Positions 58,969-64,000 of a stretch of DNA of 64,000 bases are shown here, piece after piece. The number at the start of each line of letters is the position of its first letter. The first letter of the stretch is position 1. The position numbers and the translations under genes are program-made. This DNA is from Hyaloraphidium curvatum SAG 235-1 (Eukaryota; Fungi; Monoblepharomycota), in the NCBI GenBank assembly GCA_025558095.1, contig JAIVFI010000008.1, forward strand, positions 620,001 to 684,000, read 5' to 3'. Below the pieces are notes generated by a model. That model worked only from the letters and a program-made list of their open reading frames with translations. It was not told the DNA's origin and ran no database searches.

Positions 58969-61876
58969 ATGGCTCCGATGGCGATGCTGCGGGCCCCGGC
59001 CGTCAAGGTGAGGAGCTTACGGACTTTGCGGATGAGGCCGGAACGCCGGAGGCGCGGGGTGCTCGCGGGGACGGGGCCCTCCGTGATCGCCCGCTCCGGG
59101 TGCCACCCACCCCGCACGCCTCCCACGCCGCGCCACGCCCCGCATTCCGCGCCGCATCGCCTTATTTAGATGCTAATGCGCCGCCGCGCAGGGCCTCCTG
59201 GTGCGGAATGCCACGCGCGGCTTCGCCGTGGCCGCGGACGCAAAGGTGCCGCTGTCGGCCCTGGACAAGAACAACTACATCAACTACACCAAGATGGAGG
59301 AGAACCTCAAGGTCGTGCGCGACAGGCTCGGCCACCCGCTGACGCTGGCCGAGAAGATCGTGTACGGCCACCTGGACGACGCCAAGAACCAGGACATTGA
59401 GCGCGGCACCTCGTACCTCAAGCTGAGGCCCGACCGTGTGGCGTGCCAGGATGCCACCGCGCAGGTGCGTCTTTTTCGGCGGCCCGCCCGGACCGTGCTC
59501 ACCGCCGGTCTCCCAGATGGCCCTGCTCCAGTTCATGTCCGCAGGCCTGCCCACCGTGGCCGTCCCCACCACCGTCCACTGCGACCACCTGATCGAGGCC
59601 CAGATCGGCGGCGTCAAGGACCTTGCCCGCGCCAAGGACCTCAACAAGGAGGTCTACGACTTCCTCGCCACGGCCTCGGCCAAGTACGGCATCGGCTTCT
59701 GGAAGCCCGGCTCGGGCATCATCCACCAGATCGTGCTGGAGAACTACGCCTTCCCCGGCGGCATGATGATCGGCACGGACTCGCACACTCCCAACGCCGG
59801 CGGGCTGGGCATGGTGGCGGTCGGCGTCGGCGGCGCCGACGCGGTGGACGTGATGGCGAACCTGCCCTGGGAGCTCAAGTGCCCCAAGGTCATCGGCGTC
59901 AAGCTCACCGGCAAGATGAGCGGCTGGACCTCGGCCAAGGGTGGGTGCCGTCCCTTGCGGTCGTCCTCGGTTCTTTTATCTGATCCCGTCCCCGCCCCTT
60001 CCAGACGTCATCCTCAAGGTGGCCGGCATCCTGACCGTCAAGGGCGGCACCGGCGCCATCGTCGAGTACTTTGGCCCCGGCGTGGAGTCCATGTCGTGCA
60101 CCGGCATGGCCACCATCTGCAACATGGGCGCCGAGATCGGGGCCACCACGTCGCTGTTCCCCTACAACAAGCGCATGTACGACTACCTCGCGGCCACGGG
60201 CAGGACCAACATCGGCGAGCTCGCCAACGTGTGGAAGAAGAACCTCGTGCCGGACGAGGGCGCCCGGTGCGTGGCGGACGGCGCCGTCAGCGGATGATTT
60301 TCTACTGACGAACGCTCGCGTCTCGTGACACGCACAGCTACGACCAGCTCATCGAGATCGACCTCAACACCCTCGAGCCCTACATCAACGGCCCCTTCAC
60401 CCCCGACCTCGCCACGCCCCTCTCGCAGTTCAAGGAGGTCGCGGCCAAGAACGGCTGGCCGGCCAAGCTCGACGTCGGCCTGATCGGCTCGTGCACCAAC
60501 TCGTCGTACGAGGACATGGACCGCTCCGCTTCCCTGGCCAAGCAGGCCATCGACGCCGGGCTCAAGGCCAAGAGCAAGTTCACCATCACGCCCGGGTCGG
60601 AGCAGATCAGGGCCACCATCGAGCGCGACGGACAGATGAAGGTGTTTGACGACATTGGCGGCGTGGTGCTCGGTGGGTTGTCGCAACGATCGGTTTGCTT
60701 TAGCGAAGCTGACCCTTTTGCTTCTTGTGATCCCACAGCCAACGCGTGCGGCCCGTGCATCGGCCAGTGGGACCGCCAGGACCGCAAGAAGGGCGAGAAG
60801 AACTCGATCATCACCTCCTACAACCGCAACTTCACCGGCCGCAACGACGGCAACCCCGCCACCCACGCCTTTGTCGCCTCGCCCGAGCTCGTCACGGCGC
60901 TCGTCTTTGCCGGCGACCTGGGCTTCAACCCCATGACCGACACCATCCCCACGCCCTCGGGCAAGCCGTTCAAGTTCTCCGAGCCCCACGGCCAGGACCT
61001 GCCCGCGCGCGGGTACGACGCCGGGGAGAACACGTACCAGGCGCCGCCCGCGGACCGCGCCAGCGTCAAGGTCAACGTGGACCCCAAGTCCAACCGCCTG
61101 CAGCTCCTCTCGCCCTTCGCCGCCTGGGACGGCAAGGACAAGAAGGGCATGCCCGTCCTGATCAAGGTCAAGGGCAAGTGCACCACGGACCACATCTCGG
61201 CGGCCGGGCCCTGGCTCAAGTACCGCGGCCACCTCGACAACATCTCCAACAACATGCTGATCGGCGCCATCAACATCGAGAACGACAAGGCCAACAGCAT
61301 CAAGAACGTGACCTCGGGCCAGTACGCGCCCGTGCCCGACGTGGCCCGCGACTACAAGGCCAAGGGGATGCCGTGGGTCGTGGTCGGCGACGAGAACTAT
61401 GGCGAGGGGTCGTCCCGCGAGCACGCCGCGCTGGAGGTCCGGCATCTTGGCGGCTTTGCCATCATCGTCAAGAGCTTCGCCCGCATTCACGGTCGGTGGG
61501 CGCGCGGTCCCCGGCTGCCCCGCCAGTGCTGATCCGGCGCTCCCCCCGCAGAGACCAACCTTAAGAAGCAGGGTATGCTCCCCCTGACGTTCGCCAACCC
61601 CAAGGACTACGACCTCGTCGAGCCCACGGACAAGGTGGACCTGCTCGGCCTCGAGGGCGGCAAGTTCAAGCCCGGCAGCACCGTGACCATGCGCCTGCAC
61701 AAGGCCGACGGCAAGACCGTCGACATCACGCTCAACCACACCTTCAACGAGGGCCAGATTGAGTGGTTCAAGGGTGGGTTGCGGCGGGACGTGCCTCGGT
61801 GAAGGAATTGCTGATCCCGTCCGATCCCACAGCCGGCTCGGCCCTGAACAGGATGCGCGAGCTTTCCGGCAACTAA
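58969..61876 (+). CDS. ACO1: Mitochondrial aconitase (multi-exon)
   Basis: [66 protein letters not shown]. Confidence 0.97.
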
Positions 61877-62020
61877 GAGGTCGACGTAGAGCGCGATGAC
61901 ATGTAGATTGGCGGATCGTTCCGAATGAATGTCGCGAATGAAGCTTTCTTGATCGGAGAGAGCCGGACCTGCGGCGCGTCTCAAAAGACAAAGCTTTATC
62001 TCTGCATCTTCTCCACTGCC

Positions 62021-63633
62021 ATGCGCGCCGTCCGCGTAGCTGCGCTCGCCGTTCGCGGCGGAGCGGCCTCTCGTCGAGGATTTGCCGTCGCGACCGCCGA
62101 GAAACCGCGGGTTGCCTTCACGGTGGGCACGCCGCCGGGGTGCCGCCGCGACATCTGACCCCTCGCAGCCGACGCACCCCGACCCTTCGCTCGCTTCGGT
62201 CCCGCCGGCGCCGGCGCATCTTCCGCTGTACGCGCGCCCGCCGCTGACCTTCACCCACGGCGAGGGCTCCTTCCTCGTGACCGATGCCGGCGCGCGGTAC
62301 CTGGACCTGGCAGCGGGCATCGCCGTCAACTCGCTGGGCCACGGCGACCCGGACGTGCTGCGCGCGATCGCGGATCAGGCGGCAAAGGTGGTGCACGTGA
62401 GCAACCTGTACCACAACGAGCACTCGGGGGAGCTCGCCGGGGCGCTGGTCAAGAGCCTGCAGGTCGGCGGGCGGTGGAAGGAGGGCGGGAAGGTGTTTTT
62501 TGGCAACTCGGGCGCCGAGGCCAACGAGGGTAGGCTTGGCTCCGCGTTTTCTTCGGGCAAGTGCTCGGATTGACGGGGTGTGGGGCCCGGCAGCGGCGCT
62601 CAAGTTCGCCAAGAAGTACGCGCGCCAAACCTTCGGCAAACAGATCCCCGCCGAGTGTGGGACGCCGACCTGCCCTTGCATCGAGTTCAACGCCGCCGGC
62701 TCGCCGGTTTCGGGCGGTCCCGGCACCGCTGCTTGCCCGTTCACAAAGTACAAGATGGTCTCCTTCACCCACGCGTTCCACGGCCGCACCATGGGAGCCC
62801 TCTCGGCGACACCCGCACCGAAATACCAGGCGCCTTTTGCGCCGCTGGTCCCCGGCTTCGAGGTCGTGGACTACAACGATGCGGCCGGCGCGGTCGCCCG
62901 CATCACCGAGGACGTGGCGGGCGTGATCGTTGAGCCGGTTCAGGGCGAGGGCGGCGTGACGGTCGGCCGCCTGGAGTTCTTGGAGGCGGTCAGGAAGCGG
63001 TGCGACGAGGTCGGAGCGGTGCTCATCTACGATGAGATCCAGGTGCGTCATTGTGATCGGCGGCACGGCCAAAGCTCGCTAATCCCATCCTCCGTCCAGT
63101 GCGGATTGGGAAGGACGGGCAAACTCCACGCGCACCAGCACTTCCCCCCGGAGCTGGCCCCCGACATCATGACCCTCGCCAAGCCCCTCGCCAACGGCAT
63201 CCCCATCGGCGCCGCCGTTCTGTCCGAAAAGGTCGCCGCCGTCGTCACCAAGGGCGACCACGGCACCACCTTTGGCGGCAACCCCTTCGCCTGCGCCGTG
63301 GGCCGGGTCTGCCTGGAGAAGATCTCGCGCGAGTCGACGCTCACCAACGTCCGCGAGATGGGGGGGCTGCTCAAGGCCGGGCTGGAGCGGATCGCCGCCG
63401 CGCATCCCAAGGTCGTCAAGGAGGTCCGCGGGGTCGGGCTCATGGTCGGCATGGAGCTGCAGCCCGAGTTCAAGCCGGAGAACGTGGTGGACATGTGCCG
63501 CGAGCAGGGCGTGCTGGTGATTGGCGCCGGTCTGAACACGGTGCGCTTCCTGCCGTCCTTGGTGATCAAGAAGGAGGAAGTCGAGATGGGCCTGAAGGCG
63601 GTGTCGACGGCGGTCACTGTGCTGGACGCATAG
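62021..63633 (+). CDS. ARG8: Acetylornithine aminotransferase, mitochondrial (4 exons)
   Basis: YLDLAAGIAVNSLGH, NSGAEANE, FHGRTMG, EPVQGEGG, DEIQCGLGRTG, TLAKPLANG, HGTTFGGNP. Confidence 0.95.
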
Positions 63634-63754
63634 AAAACTAGATGGAAGACAGACAATCAAATTGGTGCTACGTTAATTTACAGTCCTAGGCGCTGGGAAT
63701 AATTGTAGCCCAAGAACCCACAATGAGCGCGGAACGCTTGCGTCCGGCTCGGAA

Positions 63755-64000
63755 TCAAGAGTCAACCATCAGCTCGTCGAGATCGGCCGCGACACCTCCG
63801 CCGGCAAGCGTCTCGGCGCTCTTTTGCTGCCCGGCAGACAGGCCCTCTTCGTGGCCGTCGCCCTCAACGCCCCCGCCGAGAGAGTCGCGCTTGACCGAGG
63901 ACATGATCGACCTGACCGTGTCCAGCTTGCCGCTCGTGCGCACGACCTCCACCTCCAGGCTCCCCTTTTCCGTCTCAAGCTCCCGCAGCTGGCGCCGCAG
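63755..64000 (-). CDS. C-terminal end of a coiled-coil protein (5' part outside window)
   Basis: Open frame LRRQLRELETEKGSLEVEVV...ELMVDS* running off the window edge. Confidence 0.55.
   Translation of the reverse strand: MRRQLRELETEKGSLEVEVVRTSGKLDTVRSIMSSVKRDSLGGGVEGDGHEEGLSAGQQKSAETLAGGGVAADLDELMVDS

Noticed and set aside
1-64000. tRNA, rRNA, snRNA genes or telomeric repeats
   Set aside because: None recognised; a covariance-model search (tRNAscan-SE, Infernal) would be needed to exclude them

Overview
Gene-dense, GC-rich eukaryotic DNA with short (~50-100 nt) spliceosomal introns and many head-to-head gene pairs. The gene content points to an early-diverging, zoosporic-lineage fungus: STIL centriole factor, phenylalanine hydroxylase, LMBRD1, plant-type GLDH and fungal-type housekeeping genes. 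A monoblepharid such as Hyaloraphidium or Gonapodya is my inference, not something the sequence proves. About 30 genes can be supported. Housekeeping genes include SSU72, TXNL1, RSA4/NLE1, EXO70, LAMTOR2, AMPK-beta, AAR2, ACBP, AMS1, ACO1 and ARG8. Several bacterial-like enzymes look horizontally acquired: SatA-like GNAT, GolD/DthD SDR, nitrilase and a Leu/Phe dehydrogenase. A ~5 kb accessory gap (30.4-35.3 kb) holds frameshifted orphan ORFs, a 146-bp tandem repeat and palindromic repeats. The most interesting items are an intronless 7-TM protein with the topology and TM7 motif of insect odorant/gustatory-receptor-like ion channels, a probable 2-nt micro-exon, a Bicaudal-C-like KH+SAM protein, STIL and a plant-type ascorbate-synthesis enzyme. 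All gene calls come from recognising motifs by eye; no database search was run, and exon boundaries are manual predictions.
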